Assembly (NCBI RefSeq): GCF_006345805.1
Contig: NC_043000.1
Location: 66,030,001-66,094,000 of the forward strand
Direction: 5' to 3'
From: Octopus sinensis
Taxonomy: Eukaryota
DNA length: 64,000 nt
The position numbers and the translations under genes were made by a program. This document shows, piece by piece, positions 1-12,029 of the stretch. Positions within the stretch are counted from its first letter, which is position 1. Every line of letters begins with the position of its first letter. Under the pieces are notes generated by a model. The model did not search any database, was not told the DNA's origin, and saw nothing but the letters and a program-made list of their open reading frames with translations.

Positions 1-1649
1 TCATTTTGTATGTCCATAGGCTTTGACAGGTCTGTAGTATTTCTTAATTCTTTAGTATTTTTATTTTATTTTTTTATTTTATATTACAAACGCTACAATA
101 TAATTTACTGTTTATACTACTGTACCCAAACAAATACTTCAGCTTTATTTATGTTTCAATAAAGTTTCGAAGAACATCAACAAATTAAACTTATTGAACC
201 AATTAACTAGACTTTAAATTCACTTGTGTATACAGCATTAGTTTCTTTCTTTCTGGTGAAGGGTAAAAGTTTACATAAAGAGTATTTGTTTAGATATTGA
301 AAGTGAATCTGTAAGTCAATAAAAAGTGAAAACCAACTAGAAATTAAATCCATTTCTTTTTTGTAGTTGTCATGATATAGTTTATCACTACTTTTCAGTT
401 CTGATAATATTCACTTTAACATTAATATATTTGCTGTTGCAGCAAAAGCTTCAAACTCTTCCTTATCATTTGTTTCAATGAAAGTAAATATTCTTAACTA
501 ATTCAGTCGACTTACTTTTTGGGAACCATATCTAGTTTTCTTCTTATGACCTATAATCTCAACACTAAAATGAATTTTGAAAAATGTGAGCCCAAAGGAA
601 GTTATAAGCCATCTGTTAGTAACTAAACTGGTGTCAACTACAGTTATACGGTGGGGGTTCTCACTTCATCAAATTTTTTATATATATATAAATTTTGTTC
701 ATACAATATAAAATGTAGACATTGTAAATAATCATACAAGTACAGAAATTAAAAATGTGCTAATTAGATTATTATGATCACCAATATAAAGGGCCAAATG
801 ATTTTTTTCTTTTGTTGGTTTCTTGCTGTTGTACTACAGGAATGTGGAAGGAGAAAGAGTGGTCAGAGTAATGGACTGAGAATGGGAAAGTCAATGGTCA
901 TTACACACACACACACACCTAATGTAGAATTAAACAATATAAAGAAAGGGAAAGAGTAGTAAGAAAAGTTGTGCCAGTAAATTGAGGGGCAAAACATTCT
1001 GAATAGAATAAAATAAAGGCAGAGAAGATGTGTAAAAAGATTGGTCAGATAAAAGAAGACAAGGATAAGGGTGGGTTAAATGGTCATTATAGTAGAGAAG
1101 TTAGAGGGAAAATAGTAATAGATGAAGAGAGATATAAACATAGTAATTAATGGCTGTGTTGACAAGCAGTCAATCTGCTGACATGCACATCCAAGCAAGC
1201 AGATGCTATATTTTCATTAAGTTGATGATAATGAAAATTTGCATTTGCAGCTCTGAGAGTAGATCCAAAAATTGGGGCTATGCAATTTAAGGAAAACTTA
1301 TGGAAATTGGCATCTTCATAAAGAATGTATCCAAAAAATTATTGCATTTACTAATTTTACATTTCCCCACCCCCAAAATCCCATACTGTATGTGGCCTAC
1401 TCTCTGTAAACCCTCAGTCTCCAGATGTAATATAACTGCCAGTCCTACATGTAAATATTGCCATCAGCAAGGTTCTTGGTTAATATAGTAAATTCCTTAT
1501 TCACTCAAGTTTGGACAAAATAGCCACAAACTTCCCAATGTCTGTTGAGATAGTTGAATACAGTTTACATAGACTCTACTGGAGTGTTATCCAAGCTTGG
1601 ACTCATCATCTGAAGATGGGTAGTAAATGCAGAAAACAGAAACCTTTAA

Positions 1650-1815
1650 CCCTTCAGCATTCAAACTGGCCAAATCTGGATTCTCACTTATATCTAACAA
1701 TGTTATTCAAAACTTAAGCAATCACATCATTGAAAGCTCAAAGCTTCATGATTAATTCAAATCAATGTGAATGAATATGTATTATGTTTGACAGAGTAAT
1801 CTGAATGCTAAAGGG
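1650..1815. mobile_element. piggyBac-like non-autonomous MITE
   Basis: TTAA|CCCTTCAGCATTCA ... TGAATGCTAAAGGG|TTAG: short TIRs with a TTAA-like target site. Same family as 20038-20256, in the opposite orientation. Confidence 0.7.
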
Positions 1816-2149
1816 TTAGGTATCTTAACTGAAATTTGTCTTTGTTCTGAACCTTGTGAAATTAGTTTCATATGTGAACTGGTTGGTTTAGAAATATCCT
1901 CATTGGACAAACCAAAGACATTATGCATTAAATTTCAAACAATGTTAGAATAAGAATGCAGCTTTGCTTAGTAACATTACAGAAACAATTTTAGTTGTAG
2001 TTGAAAAGTCAAGAGTGCAAAACAGAACAGTGTAACAATGTTAGTTAATGAAAACTTGCTTATAACTTGGTTGCCCTGATTTGGATGCAATCTAAAATGA
2101 TTGTGTGTGTGTGTTTATTTAAGAATTAATCCATTTTAGAATGTTATGG

Positions 2150-2900
2150 AATCTGTATAAGAGGATATGATTAGTAGAGTTAACAGCTATCAAGTGATTA
2201 ATGTACAGAAGGTGAGATTGTGCAAGATATAACCAAACATTGAGACACTGCAGACTTGTTAGGATGGTAGTCTCGCAAGAAATTTCCTATCAAAGGGATA
2301 ACATTCTTTACTAGAAGGTGGTTTTTATGCTGATATCATGGGCAACATGTTTGCTTTTGTTGAAATCTCGAAACAAGATGTGATATAAGAAAGTAAATAT
2401 CAAGTAGATCTAGCTTTATGAAAAATGTATTAGTCATTGCTGAGTAAGCAAATAAATGAAGTGTAATAAAAGATTTTACTTCAAGGATTTTGGAAGTGGA
2501 AGGATATCTGGTAAGGTTGCCATTTTTGAGAATGAGACTCATTGTCTTGTATTTCCACAACTAGGGATAGATATCCTAGAAAGAGAGAGGGATTTGGTGA
2601 GGATAGAAGGCAGCTTCATATCATTTTTTTTCTAGTATGATGGTAGCAGAAACGTTTTCAGGATTGATCAACTTGATGAGCTTTAATTAATAACAGGACT
2701 CGCTCCTATGTGACCACTGTATCCATGTAGTATTCAGTTTGAGATGGTGAATCCATGGAGAGTTTTATTGTTTGTGTTGAATGGGTTTAGGTGCTAACCC
2801 AGTGGTAGATACAGGATTTTTGTCCATGGAAATATTGTTTACAGAGCCAACTTGTTAATAGCAATCTTCTTAGCAAAAGAGATACAATCAGGGAAAGCTT
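2150..2900 (-). mobile_element. Degenerate CR1/L2-like LINE reverse-transcriptase fragment
   Basis: Minus ORF 2336-2560 reads WKYKTMSLILKNG...SKILE, resembling the WK.A.V.PI.K.G...SKILE block at the start of non-LTR RTs. Heavily disrupted. Confidence 0.45.
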
Positions 2901-3134
2901 GCAGGTTCAACTCTCAATTTGGCAGTGATTAGACAAATTTATGGTATAAGAAACTGTGATAACAGTTTGAAGGTTGTCTTTGAAAATGAGAAATAGTGCT
3001 GCTAAGACAGTCGATCAGTCAACTCAACAAGGAGATCAATCTGTCGGCAGCTCTCCACTAAATTCTTATATTCTATCCTATGTTATTGTTAGAGCTTTTA
3101 AAATCTATTTACAAATGCAAAGTTTTTTAATCAT

Positions 3135-3155
3135 TCTTTTTTTTTTTTTTTCCAG
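3135..3155 (+). promoter_or_regulatory. Splice acceptor (long poly-T tract + CAG) 25 nt before the start codon of the large ORF
   Basis: (T)n-CCAG|GTCTC with AG at 3154-3155. An in-frame TGA at 3163-3165 precedes ATG 3181, so the upstream intron is in the 5' UTR. Confidence 0.75.
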
Positions 3156-3180
3156 GTCTCTGTGATGCTATAAAGCTAAA

Positions 3181-6100
3181 ATGGAGCAAAATTCAAGCGA
3201 TCCTGCTACAAATGTCAAGCCTCGGCGTGGGAGACCAAAGAAAAGTGAAAATGATAAGAATAAACATCACCACATTCGCCTTAGAAAGTCAAAACCCAGA
3301 GCAGTAAAAGTTATAGCACCAGCAGAGCCATTTATTCGTGTTAAAAAAACTTCAACTATTACAAAGACAAATCTCAAGTCACAGTCAGATGCTACACAGA
3401 CAGGCTTATCTATTTCATCTCCAGCTGAGCCCCATACACCAGCAGCTATTAAATCAAATATTCACTCCCTAATCACTATCACTTCCCCAACAAATGGAAC
3501 TAAGAAGCTACTGTTAGTAACAGACAAAACTTATCCACCTGACTTCCATTCTGTAAAAATTAACTGCAATGCATCTAATGTAACATCAAGTACAACAACA
3601 ACAACAACAACCACCACATCAGTTGCTGATAACAATCAAATTTTATATCAGATTTCCAATAATAAACCTGGAATGGTTATATTAACTACTGGTTCACAAA
3701 CACAATCTAAAATGCAACCTAAACAATATTTGCTCATTCCAACATCTGGTACAAGCGATTTATCTCTAATAAATCCCTCTCTAACAGCTATTTCATCAAG
3801 TCAAAACAAGCTAATTGCTTCTCAGGCAGCTAACCCAGCTGATCGAATTAATCAGTCAGTAACATCTAATTCATCACCCCTTCATGATAAGATACTAGTC
3901 AAATCAGATTTGTCTGACTCTGATAAACTCTCTGGTGCACCTCTCCCAACAGCCGCCAAAATGACTGTACCAAATAAAGTAGGGAATTTGCAAGAAACAA
4001 ATGTGCATGTGAGAAAGCATGTCTCTATTTTACCAAAATCTGCAGAGAATGCAAGTGACTATGCTACTCAGTGTGCTAAACTGAGAGAATCTGTAGAGAA
4101 CATCAGGGGAAATAGAGATATTACTGGAACATCAGAAAATTCTAAAATTATTACTGGTAGTTGTAACTTAAAGACTGCCTGTTTAACACAGAAATGTGCT
4201 CCTTCAACTCTTGTAAACAATGGTATGAATTGTTCTCTATCTGAAAACAATGGTTCAAATCAACTAAAATGTAACTTTTCTTCTGTGGACAATGCTAAAA
4301 CCTCGTTAAATTCACCAACAGTGCCTCATACATCTTCTGGGTTAAGTTTTAGTAAGAGTGAATCCATTTCTCAAAAAAAGGTCGATCCTAAACGACCTTA
4401 TGGTCCACGGGCCAGGAAATCCTTTCCAAAAGTATATGATATACCTGCTTCCATAAAATCTACTGTTCCTTTCTCTCCAGTGCAATTAACGAGTACTTCA
4501 CGATCATTGTGGAGCATGGCACCCTCCAATTCCAAAATGAACTCCAGTTCCATCCCAGCTTATTCTTTGCATTCCCCATCCCAAGAGTTTATTTCACAGA
4601 CTAGTTTTATATCAGACCACCATCCAGTTCCAATTAGTATTGCAGATTATAAACAAACTTTATCAAATATTTTACCACACAGGAATGTAAGTATTAATCA
4701 GAACACTCTAGAGATTTGCACTGATTCTAATAAAGGCCCAATTCTTTCTCGGGACATGAAAATACCTCCAGTACCTTCTAAACGTCAGATATATTCTTCT
4801 CCCCCAAAGCTAACGATTGCACCAGGTTTTTCCTCTGTTAAATCAAAACAAAAAAATTCAAATAAAAAGAAAAAATCCCCTTCAAACCTTCTAGTAATAA
4901 AAGAACGAGAAGAATTCTTTGATGATTGTACACCAACAAACGTTCCTGGAGATATGAGTCCTCCTAAACTTGAACGAGAAGATGGATATGGTTTTGTACA
5001 AAATGATCCCTATCCACCCAACTTACAACCTCAGTATCAAACAAACACACAGTTATCATCTACATTGCTTCAAAATCACACAGACAATATGGCACCATCA
5101 TTACCAGACCGTTCAAGATATGCAGCAGGGCTTAAAAAGAATCGAAAATTGTCTTTCGGTAAATTATTTAGCTGTATGTTGGCTAAGTCATCCAAATATA
5201 AAAAATCTATAAACCACTATACTATTTTATTTGAAATAGCTCGAAGTATTCACTGCTGTGTTGTATTGTCAGAACTTGGTTACTGTGGCTCTGTAGATTT
5301 AAAAGATCTTCCATATAGACTTGTCACGTCTATAAAATGTTCAAAAAGATGCAGGCAGCAGTTCATGAAAACAGCATCAAGTGTTGGGTCCTTACCTTTG
5401 TTTAAGCGTCCTTCTAATGGACCATTAATAAAAGATGATAATCAAATGATCAAAACTGAAAAACCAGCTTCTCTACACACCAGTAACTTAGATTACCCAA
5501 CTGAATTTAGTGATAAAAACATTATACAGTCAGATACTCTTCAAATGAAACATTTTTCAGGGAATTATGTTTCTTTGTTAAAGCAACCAGAACTGAGAAG
5601 TGAAAGCTTTATTCATGCTCCTGTGATGAAACCACAATTTTATGGCAATCCAGGTGTGCCAAATTCTTCCCAGACTTTAAATACTCATTCTCAAACTCTA
5701 GATACAGAACATAATTATTTTAAATTATCTAATGACAAACTAACAGCAAATTATACAAACTCATATGCAGATATAAACAAGGAAAGCTTGCCAATTTTCA
5801 ATAATAATTGTGGTAATGAAAGTGTGCCAAATTCACTGAACACATTTTCAAAAGCACCAAATAATGCTGCTTTGAGTTCCAAAGCAGCAATATCAAATAC
5901 TGGTGCCTTGATAACACCACTGCCACCATCACCACTACCACCACCACCATTTTCTACTGAAAACAGCATTATTGGTAAACTAAAATATGAAATAGTTCCA
6001 AAAGAAAAATTTCTCTCTATGAATTGCAGTTCTAATATGATTCCAGTTACAAAGAATCAGAATGATGCTTGTAAAAATGGAATTCTCAAAGGCAACTCCA

Positions 6101-8385
6101 ATAATCAATTGGTTCCTAATCCAAAGAATTTGGGATATAAAAATGCAGAAGGTTTAGAGAAAACAACTATTTCACAGCAAAGGAATATTTCTTGTCTAAC
6201 AAAAAGTCCTGAACAGTTACTGTTACCATCAAAAAGTGAGATTATCATAAAAAAGAAAAAGTTTGGGAAAAATAAAATTGAGAGAAAACGGAAAACTTTT
6301 GATGAGAAAATGCAGCTGTTAAAAGAAAATGAGTGTTTTATGAATAACACCATTAACTCAGCTTTAACAAATAATGTAATGTCAAAATTAACCATTAAGA
6401 AAAATATTAAGAAACAGTCTAATTATGAACATGCTCCTTCTTTAGAAGAAGTGAAATCTTTTTATAATGAACCAACTACTACTGATCGTGTTGTTATGCT
6501 TGATCCCAATGACCGGCTAATCACACGAAAAAAGTCAGAGAAAGAAAAAAAAGTTCCTAAGAAAAGGGGACGCCCTCCTAAAGACCGTTCTTTCAAGCTT
6601 TCAGAGAAACCATGTGTAAAAACTCAGTTTGGTAAGCGTTTGTTAAAAAGAAAATATAAAAAGGCTAAGCTCCAAAAGGTAAAGACTTCTGGTTCAATGA
6701 ATTCATTGATCATAGAAATCCAAGAGAAACTCACTCGAAATCAGGGAAACATATCAAAAGATATTAAACCAGTTCTTCAGTGCCCAAAGAAATTGAATAT
6801 TCAAAATATCATTGATGCTATTTATATGGCATCATCACGTAAGAAAAAAGTTCGGCTAAGTTTGAGTTCTTCAAAGTTAAATAGTGTTTGTAAGAAACCT
6901 GTCAATTGGAAAAAAATAGCTCGGCAGCCTTTTAAAAATCACGACTTTACTGAAAATAGTTTTGATATAAAATCTAAGACTGCCAGAAAACTTATATCAA
7001 CAACTGTGAGTAACTGCAGTTCAAATCCAAATTTTGTAACTTGTAAAACTGAATTGAAAGATACACTGGATATAAAAAACATTTGCACTGATTTAATTAA
7101 TACCCAGAAAATAAATGAATACCAAACCTCTTTGAATAACTTCTCCACACTAAATAATTCTTCAACAACTGTTTCTCGTCCTCCTGGCCGTAAAAGAGGG
7201 CGTCCAGCAAAATTAAAAGTACGACCAGTTTCTGGGACTCTAAATTATGACCATACTTATCAGACTGGAACACCTCCCTGTGATAATAGTCTCTTGAAAA
7301 ATTCTTCTGCAGTAGCCAAACACAACATTCTGCAAGCATCAAAAAAATCTTTCAGGAGAAGAAAATCCTCAAAACGACGTGGTAAATATTGTTTATCTAC
7401 ACAGACAACCAGACTAACTGGAATGGATACTAAGGTCCCTTCCCATAATTCAGTATCACTCATGGATGATCATTCCAGTAATTTACAAACAGATATGGGA
7501 GCTACAGAAGAAATCAAATTACCATGCTTGAGAAAGAAAAGAAAAATCGTAGCTCAAAATAAAGCATGGAAAAAAAGGAAGAAAACTTCTAAGATTCATT
7601 CTAAACACTCAAATGATGTTCTTGAACGACAAGTTCTTAAGTGTCCATGTGGCACAGATGGAGAAAATATTACCAATGAAACAAAATTACCTCTTACAAC
7701 GGGTTCTCTCCTTTCATGCAGTAATATGATAAAGGAATGTGTTAGAGATAATATAGATGAGGACAAAATTATAAAGGAACCATCAGTAGATTATGATGAT
7801 GTTCTCTCAGAAAATAATATATTTAAGAAACATGATTGTAAAAAGACCTTTGATAATGTAACAGAGCTCCCACCGAGCTCACCTGTACCCATTTTAGTTA
7901 ATAATAGTTCAGATGTAATAAAATTGGTCCCCTCAAAATCCGTATCCTTACAACAACCACTTTCACCATCCTTAGACTCTACAGAATGTGATAATTTTTC
8001 TGAATCAAATATGTCACCTTTTTCTAAAACAAGCCAGGCTTCTATGTATTCTCAAGATGACTTAGAACAAACTTTTGCTTCGAGTGATGTGACAGAAGTC
8101 TGTCATCCTTGTGGTACTTCCCCAGATGATACTGAAACTAGCCCCAAATTTTCTCTTTCTCAGCCTTCTCCTGTAAATCTTTCAGCAAATGACAATTCAT
8201 TCACAATACAACCTAAGTATTCCGAAACTGATCAAGAAGCAAATATTACTCGTACACACCATAGTGCCTTACTGAATAAGTTTAATGTGGGACTCACCCC
8301 GGAATTAGCTCGAATCCAACGTCTTAAAGACAAATTGGAGCAACAGAAAAAAACAATAGATATAGTTAAACAAAAATTAAGTTAA
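3181..8385 (+). CDS. Large (1734 aa) low-complexity, basic, probably nuclear protein with three AT-hook motifs; whole CDS in one exon
   Basis: Uninterrupted 5.2-kb ORF in AT-rich DNA. AT-hook cores KPRRGRPKK (3217-3243), KKRGRPPK (6559-6582) and RKRGRPAK (7189-7212); many NLS-like basic runs; short predicted C-terminal coiled coil. Upstream acceptor and downstream AATAAA. Confidence 0.9.
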   Translation: MEQNSSDPATNVKPRRGRPKKSENDKNKHHHIRLRKSKPRAVKVIAPAEPFIRVKKTSTITKTNLKSQSDATQTGLSISSPAEPHTPAAIKSNIHSLITITSPTNGTKKLLLVTDKTYPPDFHSVKINCNASNVTSSTTTTTTTTTSVADNNQILYQISNNKPGMVILTTGSQTQSKMQPKQYLLIPTSGTSDLSLINPSLTAISSSQNKLIASQAANPADRINQSVTSNSSPLHDKILVKSDLSDSDKLSGAPLPTAAKMTVPNKVGNLQETNVHVRKHVSILPKSAENASDYATQCAKLRESVENIRGNRDITGTSENSKIITGSCNLKTACLTQKCAPSTLVNNGMNCSLSENNGSNQLKCNFSSVDNAKTSLNSPTVPHTSSGLSFSKSESISQKKVDPKRPYGPRARKSFPKVYDIPASIKSTVPFSPVQLTSTSRSLWSMAPSNSKMNSSSIPAYSLHSPSQEFISQTSFISDHHPVPISIADYKQTLSNILPHRNVSINQNTLEICTDSNKGPILSRDMKIPPVPSKRQIYSSPPKLTIAPGFSSVKSKQKNSNKKKKSPSNLLVIKEREEFFDDCTPTNVPGDMSPPKLEREDGYGFVQNDPYPPNLQPQYQTNTQLSSTLLQNHTDNMAPSLPDRSRYAAGLKKNRKLSFGKLFSCMLAKSSKYKKSINHYTILFEIARSIHCCVVLSELGYCGSVDLKDLPYRLVTSIKCSKRCRQQFMKTASSVGSLPLFKRPSNGPLIKDDNQMIKTEKPASLHTSNLDYPTEFSDKNIIQSDTLQMKHFSGNYVSLLKQPELRSESFIHAPVMKPQFYGNPGVPNSSQTLNTHSQTLDTEHNYFKLSNDKLTANYTNSYADINKESLPIFNNNCGNESVPNSLNTFSKAPNNAALSSKAAISNTGALITPLPPSPLPPPPFSTENSIIGKLKYEIVPKEKFLSMNCSSNMIPVTKNQNDACKNGILKGNSNNQLVPNPKNLGYKNAEGLEKTTISQQRNISCLTKSPEQLLLPSKSEIIIKKKKFGKNKIERKRKTFDEKMQLLKENECFMNNTINSALTNNVMSKLTIKKNIKKQSNYEHAPSLEEVKSFYNEPTTTDRVVMLDPNDRLITRKKSEKEKKVPKKRGRPPKDRSFKLSEKPCVKTQFGKRLLKRKYKKAKLQKVKTSGSMNSLIIEIQEKLTRNQGNISKDIKPVLQCPKKLNIQNIIDAIYMASSRKKKVRLSLSSSKLNSVCKKPVNWKKIARQPFKNHDFTENSFDIKSKTARKLISTTVSNCSSNPNFVTCKTELKDTLDIKNICTDLINTQKINEYQTSLNNFSTLNNSSTTVSRPPGRKRGRPAKLKVRPVSGTLNYDHTYQTGTPPCDNSLLKNSSAVAKHNILQASKKSFRRRKSSKRRGKYCLSTQTTRLTGMDTKVPSHNSVSLMDDHSSNLQTDMGATEEIKLPCLRKKRKIVAQNKAWKKRKKTSKIHSKHSNDVLERQVLKCPCGTDGENITNETKLPLTTGSLLSCSNMIKECVRDNIDEDKIIKEPSVDYDDVLSENNIFKKHDCKKTFDNVTELPPSSPVPILVNNSSDVIKLVPSKSVSLQQPLSPSLDSTECDNFSESNMSPFSKTSQASMYSQDDLEQTFASSDVTEVCHPCGTSPDDTETSPKFSLSQPSPVNLSANDNSFTIQPKYSETDQEANITRTHHSALLNKFNVGLTPELARIQRLKDKLEQQKKTIDIVKQKLS

Positions 8386-8499
8386 ATATAAAGTATAAAC
8401 AATATTCATAATTGTTTTTCATTTCTCAGCTCATAAGACAAAATTACCAATGCAACTATCATTTAATGTAATTATAATGGTTTATATCAAACCATAAAT

Positions 8500-8505
8500 A
8501 ATAAA
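8500..8505 (+). terminator. Candidate polyadenylation signal of the AT-hook gene
   Basis: AATAAA about 115 nt after the stop codon, followed by a T-rich stretch. Confidence 0.5.
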
Positions 8506-10274
8506 TTTAACTTTTTTTTTTAAAAAAAAAAAACCAAAGGTTGAAGGTAACTTGGCTTTCTTGTCATCATCATGTTTTTGTTGTTGCTGTTGTTTTGTTA
8601 TCATTATAAAGGTGGTGGATTGGCATATCAAACTAAATAGCTTTCATATGTTTAGTTCTGCTCCTCTGCATTCTGAGTTCAAACCTATCAGAGTCAACTT
8701 AGCCTTTCATGATTCTAAAATTGATATGCACCTATTTATGTGCTGGGTTACAAATTTGTGGCCTTGTGCCAATGAAAGAAATCATCATCATCCTTGTCTT
8801 TATCATCAGCATCATCATCATCATCATGGTGGAGGCAGCTGAGTTGATAGTCTATATGTCTTACAGTATATAGTTTTGTTTCTTTCAATTCCTAGCTCCT
8901 TTCCTACCAGGATCAACTTCGCTTTTCCTCCCCACTGGATTGACAAAATAAGTAACTCATAATATACTGGATTCTATTTAATCAGCTCTTTTCCCTTGCA
9001 AAAGTTATCCTTGTGTTCAGTCAAAAGATAACACTTGTTATTTTCTAAGTTGTCAGAAGCAGTAGAGCAACATACTAAGTATCTTCATTTACTTACATAG
9101 CACTAAGTAAGAATATACCCTGGACAACTACTACAAATTTGTATTCTGTGACCAATTTGAAATAAAGCACTATCAGGATTGGTAGATCAGTGAATAAAAT
9201 ACCTCATGGTATTTACTTAGGTATCTTTTTGTTTTGAGTTCAAATCCTGCCAGGTTCATTTATTGCTCTAGTAGCTGCGAGGAAGTCGACTTTTGTGCTT
9301 CACATTATTTAGTTCAGTAGAGGGGGTTAATTAGATTCATTAGAACATCAAACAGAAGTTTTGTGTTATTTGTTCTGGGTTTTCGCATTCTGAGTTCAAA
9401 TCCCACCGAGACTAACTTTGCCTTGTATCCCTCCAGGATCAATAAAATAAAGTACCTATCAAGTACTTGAGTCAATATAATTGACTGTCTCTCCTCCAAT
9501 TCCTGACCTTGGTCCTATGTTAGAAATTGTTTAGTTCATTGTCCTAGGTTTCTCTGTTCAGATCCCATCAGCATTGGTTATGCCTCTCATCTCTAGTGTA
9601 AATTTGATTCCGGCTGTATATCCTCCATTTATATATCATTGGTTTGGTTCGCAGTCATAGGAAGTTATTTTTATTTTGTAAAGGCTGAGTGGTATAACAT
9701 AGAGGTAAGCTTTTTAGTATTGATCCATAACCTGGTTTAAATCCTAGTCAGGGCTGTTTCACTTCATTTACATTGCTAATGCTTTTGGGAAAGGCATACA
9801 TTATACAAGTTTCCCCACTCTAAAATTCTCAGGCTTTAAAACAATGTAAGAAATTATTACTAATAAAGAAGTCATCATTATCTTCATCAATATTTTATTA
9901 TTAGCATTACTACTATTACTACTACTTATTATCCTCTTACTTCCATGTATTTATTTGCACAATTAAAATTACTTTCAAAATCTTTTCAATTTACATGTAT
10001 GATTTTAATGAAAAGATTTACACATTCTTCAGAATCATCAGAAAACAACTTCTTCAATTACATTTTATTCAATAAATTTTATCAAATTACAGTTGATCAT
10101 CATATAATTTTCTGTTTGATTTATTTCAAATTGTCTTTGTAAAAATTAAGATCATCTATCCAAAAATATCTCTCTCATATTGAAAATTAGAAAACAACAT
10201 AACTCAGCAAATTGAATTCTTATTTTGTGAAATGAAATTTCCTAAATTTTTATTTTTAATTCCTTTTCAACCTG

Positions 10275-10627
10275 TAGGCACAGACATGGCCTTGGGTTCA
10301 GTCCCACTGCATGGCACCTTGGGCAAGTGTCTTCTGCTATAGCCCCTGACTGACCAAAGCTTTGTAAATGGATTCAGAAGATGCAACCTGAAAGAAGCCC
10401 ATCATGTGTAGATATATGTGTGCGTCTTTGTGTTTGTCCCTTCCCACCACTTGACAACTGTTGGTTTGTTTATATCCCTGTAACTTAGCTCTTCGGCAAA
10501 AGTGGCTGATAGAATTAATACCAAACTTCAAATAAAATTACAACTGTTATTGATTTATTTGACTAAACCCTTCAAGTCAGTGCTCCTGCATGACCTCAGT
10601 CCAGTGACTGCAACAAGTATAAGATAA
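10275..10627 (+). mobile_element. tRNA-derived SINE, family A (partly deleted)
   Basis: Shares GGTTCAGTCCCACTGC..GGCACCTTGGGCAAGTGTCTTCT..TATAGCC and the 3' end ..GACTGxAACAAGTA with 14579-14942. Confidence 0.8.
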
Positions 10628-10874
10628 AGCATCAGACATTTATCTTATAGTGGTAATAACATACTAATTGCAAATTAGCAGCAAGTGTAAACCTTACCAT
10701 TTTTTTAAACCAGCAAGTGTACAGTATTTTAAATTTACCTAATGAATCTCTCATTAATGCATCTGTAAGTATGGTGAAATGTTTGCTGATGAGGTCATAA
10801 TAATGCTGAAATATGTTTGAATTATACAGTTCTTTATTTAAGAGATGAGGAATTATGTACATTAATTTACGTAT

Positions 10875-11098
10875 GCCCACTGGCATAGTGGTTAAGAGCG
10901 CAGGTTACTAACCCCAAGATTCCAAGTTAGATTCCAGGCAGTGACCTGAATAATAATAACATTGAAAAATACCTTAGGAATGTGAACCCAGTTTCGAAAT
11001 TTCCCCAAGACACCTGATGAAGGCTGGAGGTTATATCAGCCGAAACATGTTAACAACAAACAAGATGAGGACAAATATCCATCAAATGTAAATAAAAT
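10875..11098 (+). mobile_element. Short tRNA-headed SINE-like element with a hammerhead-like 3' part
   Basis: A-box-like TGGCATAGTGG (10881-10891), B-box-like GTTAGATTCC, then CTGATGA-stem-GAAAC and an A-rich tail. Confidence 0.65.
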
Positions 11099-12029
11099 AA
11101 TGTTTGAATTATTTTCCATACTTGCTAAAAATAAGAAAACAATATTAGTCATTGGCTATTTTTTTCCTCACCACATAATTATTTCTAGTTAGCATGTTAG
11201 TACTCTCAACATTAAATATGTTAAACATTTACTTCAGTGTATGTTCTTGTTAACAATATTGTAGCCTATTTTAGGAAACTATTTCTGATGATTTTCTTTT
11301 AATAAATTTAGTTTTTGTTTAGTCAGTTTTTAAAATTTATTTGATTTTCACTCTTTAGAAATTACTTTTCTTTCTATCACTTTTGTTTTAATTCAAATTA
11401 CACTTACATTATTCAAAACCTGTAATATTGGATTTATTTTGATTTTTAGAATAGTTTATACAAAACTAAACACTGGAAAGTAAATGTGTACATAAGTTAA
11501 TGGCATTTTATGTGCAAGAACTTTATTTTTTAGCATTAAAAAATTTTCCTGTTAAATATAAGCAAACTTAATGCTAAATATTGAAATTGTTTTTAATGAT
11601 GTTTTATAACAATATATTTGATGAATCAGCTAAATGTTTACTTCCTGTCTTTAAAAACTGGTGTTTAAACATCATACATATACTAAGTATGTGGTGTTAT
11701 TAATGCTTACATCATAAAGCTGTTTCTGTTGCATAATCTGAATTCTACTTGTGCAGTGCCATTGCAAATAAACCAATAATATTTATACAATCTATGTACT
11801 TCAGGCTGGATATTTCAATTTCATTTTGAAAGTGACTTAAGTTTGGTGTATTGATAAACTGAAATTACATGAAATACATAACTACCACTATCATATTTGC
11901 TTCTGGGGTAATTTCATTTCACCTAGCTTTGAAGTATATTATGTTTTTTAACATGTTTAAAGGCATTTTTCCTGGACAATAAACTGCAGCTCCTAGCTTA
12001 GGTATGTGGTATCGGTAATGTTTATCTAA

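Noticed and set aside
2974-3165. 63-aa ORF in frame with the large ORF
   Set aside because: It runs through the polypyrimidine tract and stops at 3165; intron sequence.
10781-10820. CTGATGA...GAAA hammerhead-like spacing (also 13472-13500 and the minus strand near 24985-25025)
   Set aside because: Stems I and II do not pair convincingly, or the core is absent.
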